Positions 19,291-28,525 of a stretch of 42,527 nt of DNA are shown here, piece after piece (the first letter of the stretch is position 1; each line of letters opens with the position of its first letter). Below the pieces are notes generated by a model, which saw only the letters and a list, made by a program, of their open reading frames with translations, had not been told where the DNA came from and made no database searches. The stretch lies in contig DOFP01000007.1 in assembly GCA_003523645.1 (NCBI GenBank), positions 1-42,527 on the forward strand. Direction: 5' to 3'. The stretch is from Candidatus Uhrbacteria bacterium. GTDB taxonomy: Bacteria; Patescibacteriota; Patescibacteriia; UBA9934; GWF2-40-263. Made by a program: the position numbers and the translations under genes.

Positions 19291-19536
19291 ATGTACGAAG
19301 ATATTGAAACAATTTTGAATCAAATTCGTCCTTCATTGGAAGCGGATGGTGGAGGAATTGATCTCGTGAATGTTGATAAAGAACAGGGAATCATTCGAGT
19401 AAAATTACAGGGGGCTTGTCGTGGGTGTCCTATGGCCATTATGACATTGAAAATGGGAGTGGAGGCAGTGTTGTGTGAGCAATTTCCATGGGTACGTGAG
19501 GTGGTTGCGGTGGATGAAGAAGAAAACTTGGCATGA
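19291..19536 (+). CDS. NifU/Nfu-like Fe-S cluster scaffold domain protein (81 aa)
   Basis: ILNQIRPSLEADGGGIDLV...GACRGCPMAIMTLKMGVEAVL is an Nfu C-terminal-domain CxxC motif. Confidence 0.75.
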   Translation: MYEDIETILNQIRPSLEADGGGIDLVNVDKEQGIIRVKLQGACRGCPMAIMTLKMGVEAVLCEQFPWVREVVAVDEEENLA

Positions 19537-19925
19537 GTATTCGAACACGTCTGACAATGGTGCGAAACATGTATGACGGACTGTTTGCCAGTTCACGATT
19601 TTATCGTTGGACAACATTTTTCTCTCTTTTTTTATTGGGAGGCATGATTTTTTTACCAATTTCGCGCCTTATGCCTGTGATTCAGGGAAATGCATTTATT
19701 CCATTACATTATAATATTTTTTTTGGTGTGGATCGTTTTGGTCCTTGGGAAGAAATTTTTATTATCCCTATTGTTGGTGCATGTCTCCTTGTTGTGAACC
19801 TTATTTTTGGAGGTCTTTTTTTTGCCCATGAACGCATCCTTGCTTCATTTTTTGTGGTTGCAACATTCCTTGCCGAAATGATTCTTTTTGTTTCCATGAT
19901 TTTCGTGATCTTGCTCAATGTTTAG
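19533..19925 (+). CDS. Small integral membrane protein (130 aa), upstream of mraY
   Basis: Start overlaps the Nfu stop (ATGA). Three or four hydrophobic helices. Confidence 0.55.
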   Translation: MSIRTRLTMVRNMYDGLFASSRFYRWTTFFSLFLLGGMIFLPISRLMPVIQGNAFIPLHYNIFFGVDRFGPWEEIFIIPIVGACLLVVNLIFGGLFFAHERILASFFVVATFLAEMILFVSMIFVILLNV

Positions 19926-19931
19926 ATTTTT

Positions 19932-20984
19932 ATGACCCTTGAATCGTTTGAAATTATTCGTATCCTCCTTCTCACAACTGCAGCGTTTGTCATGGCGGTT
20001 GTGTGGACACCAGCGCTCACCCACGTTCTCTTTAAATATAAAATGGGAAAACGTATTCGTGATGAAGCATCTGCTCCTATTTTTTCAAAATTGCATGCAA
20101 AAAAAGCTGGAACACCAACCATGGGTGGTGTGCTTATTTGGGTGACCCTTCTTGTATTAGCTCTTGTGCTTTGGCAAGCGCATACATGGTGGCCTGAGAC
20201 ATGGATTGGTCAGTTAAATTTTCTGTCTCGAACACAAACCTTGCTTCCACTGGGAGCACTTGTGGCATCTGCACTTGTGGGGCTTGTGGATGATTATTTT
20301 AATGTGCGTGGAATCGGATCCAACAATGGCGGTCTTCGCATGGGACATCGACTTTTGATTTATACAGCCATTGCTGTTGTCGGTGCTTTGTGGTTTGCGT
20401 TTAAACTTCATTGGGATCTTTTGCATGTGCCGTTTATCGGTGATTTCAATATCGGGTGGTGGTACATTCCTTTTTTTCTTTTAGTGATTGTATCCACTTC
20501 TTTTTCTGTGAATGAAACAGATGGTCTTGATGGATTGGCTGGAGGAACACTTCTTACTTCTTTTGGTGCATACGCAGTGATCGCATTTTCTCAAGGCCGA
20601 TATGACCTTGCCGTATTCTGTGGAGTGATTCTTGGTGGATTGCTCGCCTTTCTTTGGTTTAATATTCCGCCAGCACGATTTATCATGGGAGATACGGGAG
20701 CAATGTCATTGGGAGTGACTCTTGGTATTGTGGCATTGCTCACAAATACCGCGTTTCTTCTTCCGGTGATTGGAAGTATTTTTGTGTTGGAATCGCTTTC
20801 TGTAATCATTCAGCTATTTTGGAAAAAAGTGTTTAAACGAAAATGGATTCTCTCATCTCCATTTCATCATCATCTGGAAGCCATCGGATGGCCTGAATCG
20901 AAAATTGTAATGCGTTCCTGGGTTATCTCTATGATTTCTGCAAGTCTTGGTTTAGCGTTTGTTTTGCTTGACGCGCTCAAATAA
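19932..20984 (+). CDS. mraY: Phospho-N-acetylmuramoyl-pentapeptide transferase
   Basis: 350-aa polytopic protein with NETDGLDGLAGG and IMGDTGAMSLG motifs typical of MraY. Confidence 0.95.
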   Translation: MTLESFEIIRILLLTTAAFVMAVVWTPALTHVLFKYKMGKRIRDEASAPIFSKLHAKKAGTPTMGGVLIWVTLLVLALVLWQAHTWWPETWIGQLNFLSRTQTLLPLGALVASALVGLVDDYFNVRGIGSNNGGLRMGHRLLIYTAIAVVGALWFAFKLHWDLLHVPFIGDFNIGWWYIPFFLLVIVSTSFSVNETDGLDGLAGGTLLTSFGAYAVIAFSQGRYDLAVFCGVILGGLLAFLWFNIPPARFIMGDTGAMSLGVTLGIVALLTNTAFLLPVIGSIFVLESLSVIIQLFWKKVFKRKWILSSPFHHHLEAIGWPESKIVMRSWVISMISASLGLAFVLLDALK

Positions 20985-20987
20985 TGT

Positions 20988-22121
20988 ATGGCTGATCACA
21001 AACCAACGCATGCTATGGATTATACATTTCTCGGAATGGTCGGAGTGATGCTTTTGTTTGGTTTCATGATGCTCGCATCCGCTTCTGGTCCTATGAGTTA
21101 TGTTCTTTCTAAAACGAATGACAGTTTGTATCTGGTGAAACATCAATTATTTTTTGGATTAATTCCCGGTCTTGTCGGTCTTTTTGTTATGAGTCGGATT
21201 CCGTATCAGTTTTGGAAAAAACATGCCTGGGGATTTTTATTGGTGAGTGTAGGACTCCTTATCCTTGTTTTTATTCCGGGAATTCAGGCGGATTTCGGCA
21301 CGTCGCATAGCTGGATTTCGATTGGAAATCTTTTTTCTCTTCAGCCGGCTGAGATTGTAAAATTGACGTTTCTTTTTTATCTTGCCGGTTGGCTCGAATC
21401 ACGAGGAACACACGGAGTCAAAGATTTCCATGGGGGATTTCTTCCATTTATTTGTATTCTTGGTGTGATTATGTTTCTTTTGATTCTTCAGCCGGATATT
21501 GGAACAATGTCTATTATTGTTGCCATTTCCATGATTGTTTATTTTACGGCTGGAGCACGTTTTCTACATCTTTCCGGTTTGGTTGCGGCTGGGATTGGAC
21601 TTTTAACGTTTCTTATCACCACATCCAAATACCGTCAGGATCGTCTCATGACTTTGCTTCACCCGGAGCTTGATCCGTCTGGAGCCGGATATCATATTAA
21701 CCAAGCCCTCTTAGCTCTTGGTTCTGGCGGATTTTTTGGGTTAGGATACGGACATTCGCGACAAAAATTTCAATATTTGCCTGAAGTATCTGGAGATTCC
21801 ATTTTTGCTGTGATCGGAGAAGAGATGGGATTTTTTATGGCAGTCATTCTCCTTGCTGTATTTCTCTTTTTTTTCTGGCGAGCGCTTCGAATTGCGCGTA
21901 GTGCACCTGATTCATTTGGAAAGTATGTTACGATCGGAGTTGCCTCTTGGATTCTTGTTCAGGCGTTTGTGAATATTGGTTCTATGGTTGGACTTCTTCC
22001 AATTACAGGAGTAACCCTTCCTTTTATCAGTTATGGAGGTACGTCCCTTGCTGTTTCTTTAGCTGCCATTGGTGTTGTGTTGAATATTTCAAAATATGCC
22101 GGAAAAACAGCCAAATTTTAA
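20988..22121 (+). CDS. ftsW: SEDS-family peptidoglycan polymerase FtsW/RodA
   Basis: 377-aa polytopic protein. Motifs QPAEIVKL, GLLPITGVTLPFISYGGTSL. Confidence 0.9.
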   Translation: MADHKPTHAMDYTFLGMVGVMLLFGFMMLASASGPMSYVLSKTNDSLYLVKHQLFFGLIPGLVGLFVMSRIPYQFWKKHAWGFLLVSVGLLILVFIPGIQADFGTSHSWISIGNLFSLQPAEIVKLTFLFYLAGWLESRGTHGVKDFHGGFLPFICILGVIMFLLILQPDIGTMSIIVAISMIVYFTAGARFLHLSGLVAAGIGLLTFLITTSKYRQDRLMTLLHPELDPSGAGYHINQALLALGSGGFFGLGYGHSRQKFQYLPEVSGDSIFAVIGEEMGFFMAVILLAVFLFFFWRALRIARSAPDSFGKYVTIGVASWILVQAFVNIGSMVGLLPITGVTLPFISYGGTSLAVSLAAIGVVLNISKYAGKTAKF

Positions 22122-23196
22122 TCGTACAAAAAAAATATTGTTTGCAGGAGGAGGAACCCTTGGACCTGTTACACCTTTATTGGCTGTGGCTGAGGCATGG
22201 CGTAAACGTGATGCATTAGTGGATATGGTTTGGGTTGGAACTCCACATGGTCCTGAACAGGAAGTTGTGAATAAAGCAGGTATTCGGTTTCTCACCTTAC
22301 TTGTGGCTCGTGTTCCTCGTTATCCAACATGGGAATGGATATGGCTTCCATTCCGTTTTCTTTTTGTCTTGTTTCAATCTGTTCAACTATTACGTCGAGA
22401 ACGGCCGGATGTGATTGGTTCGGCAGGCGGATACACAGCAGTACCAATTGTGATGGCTGGATGGCTCTTGAGAATTCCTGCATGGATTCATCAACAAGAT
22501 GTTCCTCCGGCTCTGACAAACAGGATCATGGCTCCATTTGCGCGGTGGATTACCGTTGCATGGAAAATATCCTTGAAAGATTTTTCTTCTTCTAAAACAT
22601 GCTGGATAGGAAATCCTGTGCGTTCAAGTATACGGGAAGGGTCAAAAGAAAAGGCAAGAATGTTTTTTGATCTTGATGCCGCATATCCAACGATTCTTGT
22701 TTTGGGTGGTGGGGGAGGATCTGCGTGGTTAAATGAGAAAATGTCAGAAATTGGATCTTCACTTGTGACGCATACAAATGTGATTCATATAACTGGAAAA
22801 GGAAAAATGCGTGTAAATTTGCAAACGTTTGGGAAGAGATACGTAGCACGTGAATTGCTTACAAACGAAATGCCTCACGCGTTGGCAATGGCTGATGTGG
22901 TTGTGTGTCGTGCTGGAATGGGAACAATCAGTGAACTTGTTGCATGGAAAAAAACAGCCATCATGATTCCGCTTCCGCATTCGCCGCAAGAGGCAAATAT
23001 GGAGCAGATTTATGCGAGTCATGCAGCTATTCTTTTGTCTCAAGAACAGACAACCGCAGATAGATTACAAGAAAAAATTATATGGCTTCTTGGACAAAAA
23101 AAAGAACGTGAGCAATTGGGAGAACAGATGGGGAATATATTACCTGTTGATGCGGCAGATCGAATCGTGGATCAGTTAATTCAATTGACAGAATAA
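22096..23196 (+). CDS. murG: UDP-N-acetylglucosamine--lipid I transferase
   Basis: FAGGGTLGPVTPLLAVAEA (cf. GGTGGHVFPALAVA) and VVCRAGMGTISEL (cf. VVSRAGALTVSE). Confidence 0.9.
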   Translation: MPEKQPNFNRTKKILFAGGGTLGPVTPLLAVAEAWRKRDALVDMVWVGTPHGPEQEVVNKAGIRFLTLLVARVPRYPTWEWIWLPFRFLFVLFQSVQLLRRERPDVIGSAGGYTAVPIVMAGWLLRIPAWIHQQDVPPALTNRIMAPFARWITVAWKISLKDFSSSKTCWIGNPVRSSIREGSKEKARMFFDLDAAYPTILVLGGGGGSAWLNEKMSEIGSSLVTHTNVIHITGKGKMRVNLQTFGKRYVARELLTNEMPHALAMADVVVCRAGMGTISELVAWKKTAIMIPLPHSPQEANMEQIYASHAAILLSQEQTTADRLQEKIIWLLGQKKEREQLGEQMGNILPVDAADRIVDQLIQLTE

Positions 23197-23198
23197 AA

Positions 23199-23230
23199 AA
23201 AGACCCGGAATAAACCCCAGGTCTTTTTTC
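23199..23230 (+). terminator. Rho-independent terminator after murG
   Basis: AAGACC...GGTCTT hairpin followed by TTTTTT. Confidence 0.6.
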
Positions 23231-23236
23231 GAAATT

Positions 23237-23389
23237 ATTCTGCGTCCTCTTCGTTGACATCCATATCTTCTTCATCGCCCATATCATCTATGTCATCATC
23301 TGTGTCCATTTCGGCGCATTCGTCGCATTTGGTTTCGTCATTGATTTCGACGTCTTCGGCGTGGCAGACGGAACAAACTCCCATCATAC
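23237..23389 (-). CDS. Possible small acidic CxxC protein (50 aa): MMGVCSVCHAEDVEINDETKCDECAEMDTDDDIDDMGDEEDMDVNEEDAE
   Basis: Uninterrupted minus-strand ORF between murG and tRNA-Lys. No clear RBS and below the ORF-track length cutoff. Confidence 0.2.
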
Positions 23390-23560
23390 GTGCTTAGATT
23401 CATTTACGAATAATGCGAGGTCCACAAAAGAGTGGATCCTAACGGGCATTAGTATAACTGACGTGTTTTTATCGTCAATATAGTTGTGGATAACGTTTTT
23501 TTTCACCGCATAATCACTTGCTTTTTTTTATTTGGTGGTATACGATTTTCGCACTTTCGC

Positions 23561-23635
23561 GCGCTGGTAGCTCAGTGGTAGAGCGGGGGCCTTTTAAGCC
23601 CAAGGTCGTGGGTCCGATCCCCACCCAGCGCACCA
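23561..23635 (+). tRNA. tRNA-Lys (anticodon TTT), CCA encoded
   Basis: Cloverleaf by hand: acceptor GCGCTGG/CCAGCGC, D-arm GCTC-agtggta-GAGC, anticodon loop cTTTTaa, T-arm GTGGG-tccgatc-CCCAC. Unusual C at T-loop position 55 and G-A at pair 27-43. Confidence 0.85.
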
Positions 23636-23781
23636 AAAAAACACCGCTAAATAAGCGATGTTTTTTTGTAAATTGACCAATCGAGTGAGTACTTTAGTTT
23701 AAAAAAAAAACGAAACTCTCCGCAAAATTGAGGTTTTTTGATATGCTGTATATATAATGCTTTCGTTTATTTTGAACATCT

Positions 23782-24759
23782 ATGGATGGAAAAAATGTAT
23801 TTGGAATAGAAGGAGAAGTGAGAAGTAAGACCATTACTAAATATGAAAAAGATCAAAATCCTGAACGAGTAGAACAGATCAATGAAGGAGTTGAACATCC
23901 AAAATTAGTTTCATTTGATTTAGAAGGAGAAAAAGTTCAAATCGAATACATTGAAGTTCCTGCGAAAAAACAAGAACAACATGAAGGAGAAAAAGAAAAA
24001 GTTATTATTCTTTTTCCTGGTTTTTGTGCTTCCTATATTCCGTATGTGGGTGCGGTAAAAGAATTGGCTGGATACATGGGAAATTATCGTATCATTTGTC
24101 TATCCCCATTGGACTCAGGAAAAAGTTCGTCTTTGAAAGAAAGTCATCTGCAAAAAATGGGCGAGGTATACCGTGCGGCATTTCAGAAATTGGGAATTGA
24201 TTCAGCTCATACGGAAGCAACCGTGATTGGTCATTCACGATCAGATATTATTGCATTGGAACTTGCGCGGTCTGTGCCAGAACTTGTGAAAAATATTGCG
24301 CTTGTGAATGGAATTACCGGGAAAAAAGAAGGTCTTGCAGGACTTACGTATGATTTTACTGAACACACATTTTTAGATATTACTCCGGAAAGAATGAAAG
24401 GACTTTTCAAAGGGGAAGTGGAAGCAGCGAGAAATTATTTGAATCAAACAAGAGACTTTTTGAGAAACATGTTGAAACCCACTCACATATTGAACCAATT
24501 TAGCTCATTGAATGAACGAAAAAAAGTGAATGTAAAGGAATTGCTTTCTCAATTGAAATCTAATGTCCTTATTTTGAGCGGAACCGGAGATATTACGGAT
24601 TATAAAGAAACACGAGAAAATATTTATGAAAATTTGCCAGAGAATATCCAGGCGGAACATCATTTGGAAATAGGTGGATTGCATGATGAGATCAATGCGC
24701 ATCCAGAAGGATTTGTATTGAAGTTTCGCAAATGGATGGAGTCAGTGGAGAAGGTATGA
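23782..24759 (+). CDS. Alpha/beta-hydrolase-fold protein (putative)
   Basis: Nucleophile-elbow-like VIGHSRSD and hydrophobic beta strands (VIILFPGF). Start uncertain. Confidence 0.5.
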   Translation: MDGKNVFGIEGEVRSKTITKYEKDQNPERVEQINEGVEHPKLVSFDLEGEKVQIEYIEVPAKKQEQHEGEKEKVIILFPGFCASYIPYVGAVKELAGYMGNYRIICLSPLDSGKSSSLKESHLQKMGEVYRAAFQKLGIDSAHTEATVIGHSRSDIIALELARSVPELVKNIALVNGITGKKEGLAGLTYDFTEHTFLDITPERMKGLFKGEVEAARNYLNQTRDFLRNMLKPTHILNQFSSLNERKKVNVKELLSQLKSNVLILSGTGDITDYKETRENIYENLPENIQAEHHLEIGGLHDEINAHPEGFVLKFRKWMESVEKV

Positions 24760-24892
24760 TTGAATAGATGTAGAAAATATTTAATATGTCAAATAAACTT
24801 GACATTTTTTTATTTTTTTGATAACATAAGGACATTCATCGTCCTTTTTTGGTAGATATAGCCACAATATGTGGCTTTCACGAGGAGGAAAA

Positions 24893-25363
24893 ATGAGTTT
24901 GAACCGGATGGTCGCAAACGCGCGGCAAAGAGAGCGAAACAACGAACGCCGATCCCGTTGTCGGGAAGCGATCGATGAATGTCTACGGGCTGTCCGCGGG
25001 GTGGATGGGGCAACCTTCGATGATTTCCACTGGATTCAGAATCGTATCACGGATCCGGTCGTCTCGGCTGCTCTGAGGGATGAAAATGTTTCCCTTCAGG
25101 AGTATGTCCAGTGGGAAGCGGCTTACAAAGCCGATACTCCGAATCGGAATGCACGAGAACTCGCGAGAAAATGCGAGGAAGCACAATCCGCTTTGGACGA
25201 CTTTCGTAAATCCGCGGATTGGTTTGATCAAGAGGATTTGATTTCAATTCTGGAGTATCGTCACTTGGTTGGTGACGAGGCCTTCTGTATTGAATTTCAT
25301 ATTTCTCAAGACGAACTTGAGAAAATTGATAACTGGGAGAATAAGGATTTGGAAGATTGGTGA
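24893..25363 (+). CDS. Hypothetical protein (156 aa)
   Basis: ATG after GAGGAGGaaaa. Charged helical protein. Confidence 0.5.
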   Translation: MSLNRMVANARQRERNNERRSRCREAIDECLRAVRGVDGATFDDFHWIQNRITDPVVSAALRDENVSLQEYVQWEAAYKADTPNRNARELARKCEEAQSALDDFRKSADWFDQEDLISILEYRHLVGDEAFCIEFHISQDELEKIDNWENKDLEDW

Positions 25364-25455
25364 TCTTCCAAAAAAATTCGCGCACATGCGGGACGGAGAG
25401 CGTGTATACGCTCTAAGTCCTGTGTGTGTTTTTTTTGTTTATACGTCTAAAAATC

Positions 25456-25483
25456 TTGACAGGTAGGTTGTTTTTGTTATACT
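25456..25483 (+). promoter_or_regulatory. Putative sigma70-type promoter about 210 nt upstream of the locus-2 operon
   Basis: TTGACA, 16-nt spacer, TATACT. A second TATAAT lies at 25492. Confidence 0.45.
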
Positions 25484-25695
25484 TTATGTCTATAATACAT
25501 TTACTATTTTTTATTTCAAGAAACTTGATGTCATTTTGACTAAAAATGGCTTGACTGACAACAAATTTCATGATAGGTTCTTCGGTCTTTCTTTTCGCCC
25601 CAAAATTCGTCAATAATTGTTGGCAGTTTTAGGGAGGGAATAAATCTCTCACCAAATGGTGATCTTTCACAATTAAAACAAAAAAAGGAGAAATC

Positions 25696-27423
25696 ATGAC
25701 TCTTGATCCTAAGATGTATCTGTCAATTTCTGTGCCTGAAAATTTGAGGAATGGACTCATTGCTATGATGGTTCGTCATTTCCTCTTGAAACAGGTCATC
25801 GGAAACGAATACGTAGCATCTCAAGCCGCACGTGAAATTATGACCGCTTTGTACGGTTTTCATTCAACGTTCGCTCAGATTCAAAGCACGTCAAAAGAAG
25901 ATTTTGAAAAAGCAACTCAAAAAGCCGGTATTTCTGGTATCCCTGTGGCTGGTTTCAAAGAACTCCCGGACGTGTGGCATCTGGTGAATCCTGAAACTCC
26001 GATGTGTTCCCATTGTGGGGATGTACCGCTTTCGAATAATGGATCCTTCATTCAGAATCTGGTTGTTGGGTCTAAGTGTCCCTTCTGTCATGTGGGAGAG
26101 TTTGTTCTCATTCCTATGACTTTGAAAAAGATTACTTGGACTGACGGCAGACTTGTGGATCCGTCTATGAGAGAAGATTATCAGTTCATCACAGGAGAAC
26201 AAATTCCTCTGGATGATGACTTGATTATGGATTGGGTCAATGTTCGTATTCAGCCAGATCTTAAACAAGCATTGGTAGAAGCACAGGTTTCCATATATGG
26301 ATTTCTTGCTTATGCCAACTTGGTTCGCAACGCGTTCAGCGGTCGCAAGGAATCCGAGGAAGGATTGTGCAAGGCTGTTGGTTGGTTGCTTGAGGATCCG
26401 GAAGTATGCAACCTGCCGGTTTCTATTATGGCTGAAGAGGCTATGAAAGCCCGGCAGTATGTGGAAGAAAGAGAAGTGACGAACATGCCACGGATTTTGA
26501 AGTCCACGAGCGTTATCCTTCCTGTATCTTCTGTTGTGGCAACTGTTGTGAATCCGTTTGCTCCGATGAATGAACGAGATCCAACATCCTATATACGGAC
26601 TCGTCTACTCGCATCTGGAGATATGGCTGATATTTATCTTGGCCATCTCAACGATCCATTCGCGGACAAACAGGAGACAGTGATCATCAAGGTGTACCGA
26701 GATGCAGAAGACACTGGGATGGCTCGTAACGAGGCACAAACTTTGGAGCGTTTATACGGAAGTGCTGAGACTGAGAAAGCTGAAGGTTTCCTTCATGGAT
26801 TTCCCAAGGTTCTTGCATACGGACCAGTAACGGATTCTGACGGAGTTGTGCACGAATGTAATGTGTTTTCGTACACTCCTGGCTACATGACTTTGGAAGA
26901 AGTTTGTCGTGACGATCATCGGGTCGATATTCGAACAGGTGTGTGGATGTTCAACCGTATTCTCGAAATGCTTGGTTGGATTCACCAGCACGGCATTATT
27001 CTTGGATCGGTTCTTCCATCCCATATCCTTGCCCAGCTTGATGAACACTGGATCGTTTTTCTTGGATGGCCCTATGCAGTTCATGAGCCAGAGAAAACCG
27101 GTGCACGCATTCTCGCGGTCAGTCAGGCGTACGAGTCTTTTTATCCGGAAAGTGTGTTTCGAAAGAAACCGCCGTCTCCGGCAATGGATATCTCGATGGC
27201 TGCGCGGTGTGTGATCCAGGTTGTAGGTGGAGATCCGATCACGGGGAAATTGCCTCGTGGAGAAGATCCGCTATTTGAGACGATTTTGAAGACAGCTGCC
27301 GGTCTTCATGGTTCTGTTCCGTTCAAGAACGCTTGGCAGTTGCATGAGGCGTTCGGAGAAGTTGCGCGTTCCGTTTTAGGGCCGCGTAAGTTTCATCCAT
27401 CCCGGGTGTTCAAAAAAACCTGA
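25696..27423 (+). CDS. Zinc-ribbon plus pseudokinase-domain protein (575 aa), locus-2 copy of the kinase-fold component
   Basis: RBS AAAGGAGaaatcATG. N-terminal region has CSHCG...CPFCH. C-terminal protein-kinase fold: VIIKVY (beta3 K), EAQTLERL (alphaC E), HQHGIILGSVLPSHIL (HRD Asp lost), FLGWPYA (DFG lost). Collinear with 7364-8167. Confidence 0.75.
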   Translation: MTLDPKMYLSISVPENLRNGLIAMMVRHFLLKQVIGNEYVASQAAREIMTALYGFHSTFAQIQSTSKEDFEKATQKAGISGIPVAGFKELPDVWHLVNPETPMCSHCGDVPLSNNGSFIQNLVVGSKCPFCHVGEFVLIPMTLKKITWTDGRLVDPSMREDYQFITGEQIPLDDDLIMDWVNVRIQPDLKQALVEAQVSIYGFLAYANLVRNAFSGRKESEEGLCKAVGWLLEDPEVCNLPVSIMAEEAMKARQYVEEREVTNMPRILKSTSVILPVSSVVATVVNPFAPMNERDPTSYIRTRLLASGDMADIYLGHLNDPFADKQETVIIKVYRDAEDTGMARNEAQTLERLYGSAETEKAEGFLHGFPKVLAYGPVTDSDGVVHECNVFSYTPGYMTLEEVCRDDHRVDIRTGVWMFNRILEMLGWIHQHGIILGSVLPSHILAQLDEHWIVFLGWPYAVHEPEKTGARILAVSQAYESFYPESVFRKKPPSPAMDISMAARCVIQVVGGDPITGKLPRGEDPLFETILKTAAGLHGSVPFKNAWQLHEAFGEVARSVLGPRKFHPSRVFKKT

Positions 27424-27441
27424 AAAAAAGGAGAGATTGAA

Positions 27442-28452
27442 ATGGCAAAAGGATGGAATACATCGACCCATCAAGAGGTTGAGAAGAAGATGCAGCAGGT
27501 CAAGGAAACAGGCGGAAGTGTGCCAAATGATGGGACAAATCCATACCTGGTTCATCCGCTTATGGATCCTTTGAAGATCAAGAGTGGCATAAGGGAAAGC
27601 TGTGATAGTGCGGAGCAGCTTTTATCGCTTGCCATTATTTTTCTCATGGATGTGAGTGGTTCCATGGGGTTTGTTCCTGAACAACTCAGAACTCGCTATC
27701 TTTGTGAGCTCATGAAGTTTTTGCTTGGCGGGAAACTGGTTGTGGATCCACAGATCATGTTCGCCGCATTTGCGGACGTTGCAGATCGGTGCTTCTTGCA
27801 GGTTGGACAGTTCGAACTCGGAACTGAAATGCACGGGGATCTTTCTCGTTTGCGTATTGGTGGTGGCGGAGGAAGTGCAATGGCGCACGAAGCGCCGGAA
27901 TATGCTCTCTATTGGGCAGCGACCCATACCAAGATTGATTGCTTCGAAAAGCGAAGAAAAAAAGGAATTCTCGTCATAACGACCGATGAAATGCCGAATG
28001 ATAAACTCAAGAAAGAGTATGTCAGGCGTTTTATTGGAGATGGATTAGAAAACGACTTCACGATCGAACAGGTCATTGCACTTGTCCGACAGAAGTACGA
28101 CATTTTCTGTCTGTACACCCATACAGGTTCGTATGGCAGCATGGACAAAGAGATCCGAGCCAGGTGGGTGGAGATCCTCGGATCCGAATATGTTTTCGAC
28201 TTTTACCAGTCTGAAGATATTTGTGCTCTGGTCGGATCCATTATTGGATTGCGAGAGGAAATGGTGAATAATCTAGATGATCTCCGTAATCGTCTCCGTG
28301 GTCTTGAGACTTCGGAGGAAACCATTACTCGGGTGTTGCGGACGGTTTATGGATACGCGACTCTTCTTGGAAGAGGTCAGGTCAATGGGGTGACCCAGAA
28401 GGCTGACGCTCCCGTTGAGAAATCGAAAACAACCGGCAATCGTCGGTTGTGA
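27442..28452 (+). CDS. vWA/MIDAS domain protein, locus-2 copy
   Basis: RBS AAAGGAGAGattgaaATG. Canonical MIDAS IIFLMDVSGSMGF, GGGGGS loop, ILVITTDEMPND. Confidence 0.85.
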   Translation: MAKGWNTSTHQEVEKKMQQVKETGGSVPNDGTNPYLVHPLMDPLKIKSGIRESCDSAEQLLSLAIIFLMDVSGSMGFVPEQLRTRYLCELMKFLLGGKLVVDPQIMFAAFADVADRCFLQVGQFELGTEMHGDLSRLRIGGGGGSAMAHEAPEYALYWAATHTKIDCFEKRRKKGILVITTDEMPNDKLKKEYVRRFIGDGLENDFTIEQVIALVRQKYDIFCLYTHTGSYGSMDKEIRARWVEILGSEYVFDFYQSEDICALVGSIIGLREEMVNNLDDLRNRLRGLETSEETITRVLRTVYGYATLLGRGQVNGVTQKADAPVEKSKTTGNRRL

Positions 28453-28525
28453 TTCGCAGGTAAAAACATGAGGAGGCCTGCATACTCGCAGGTCTCCTTT
28501 TTACATCTTTTATATTGGAGGAATC

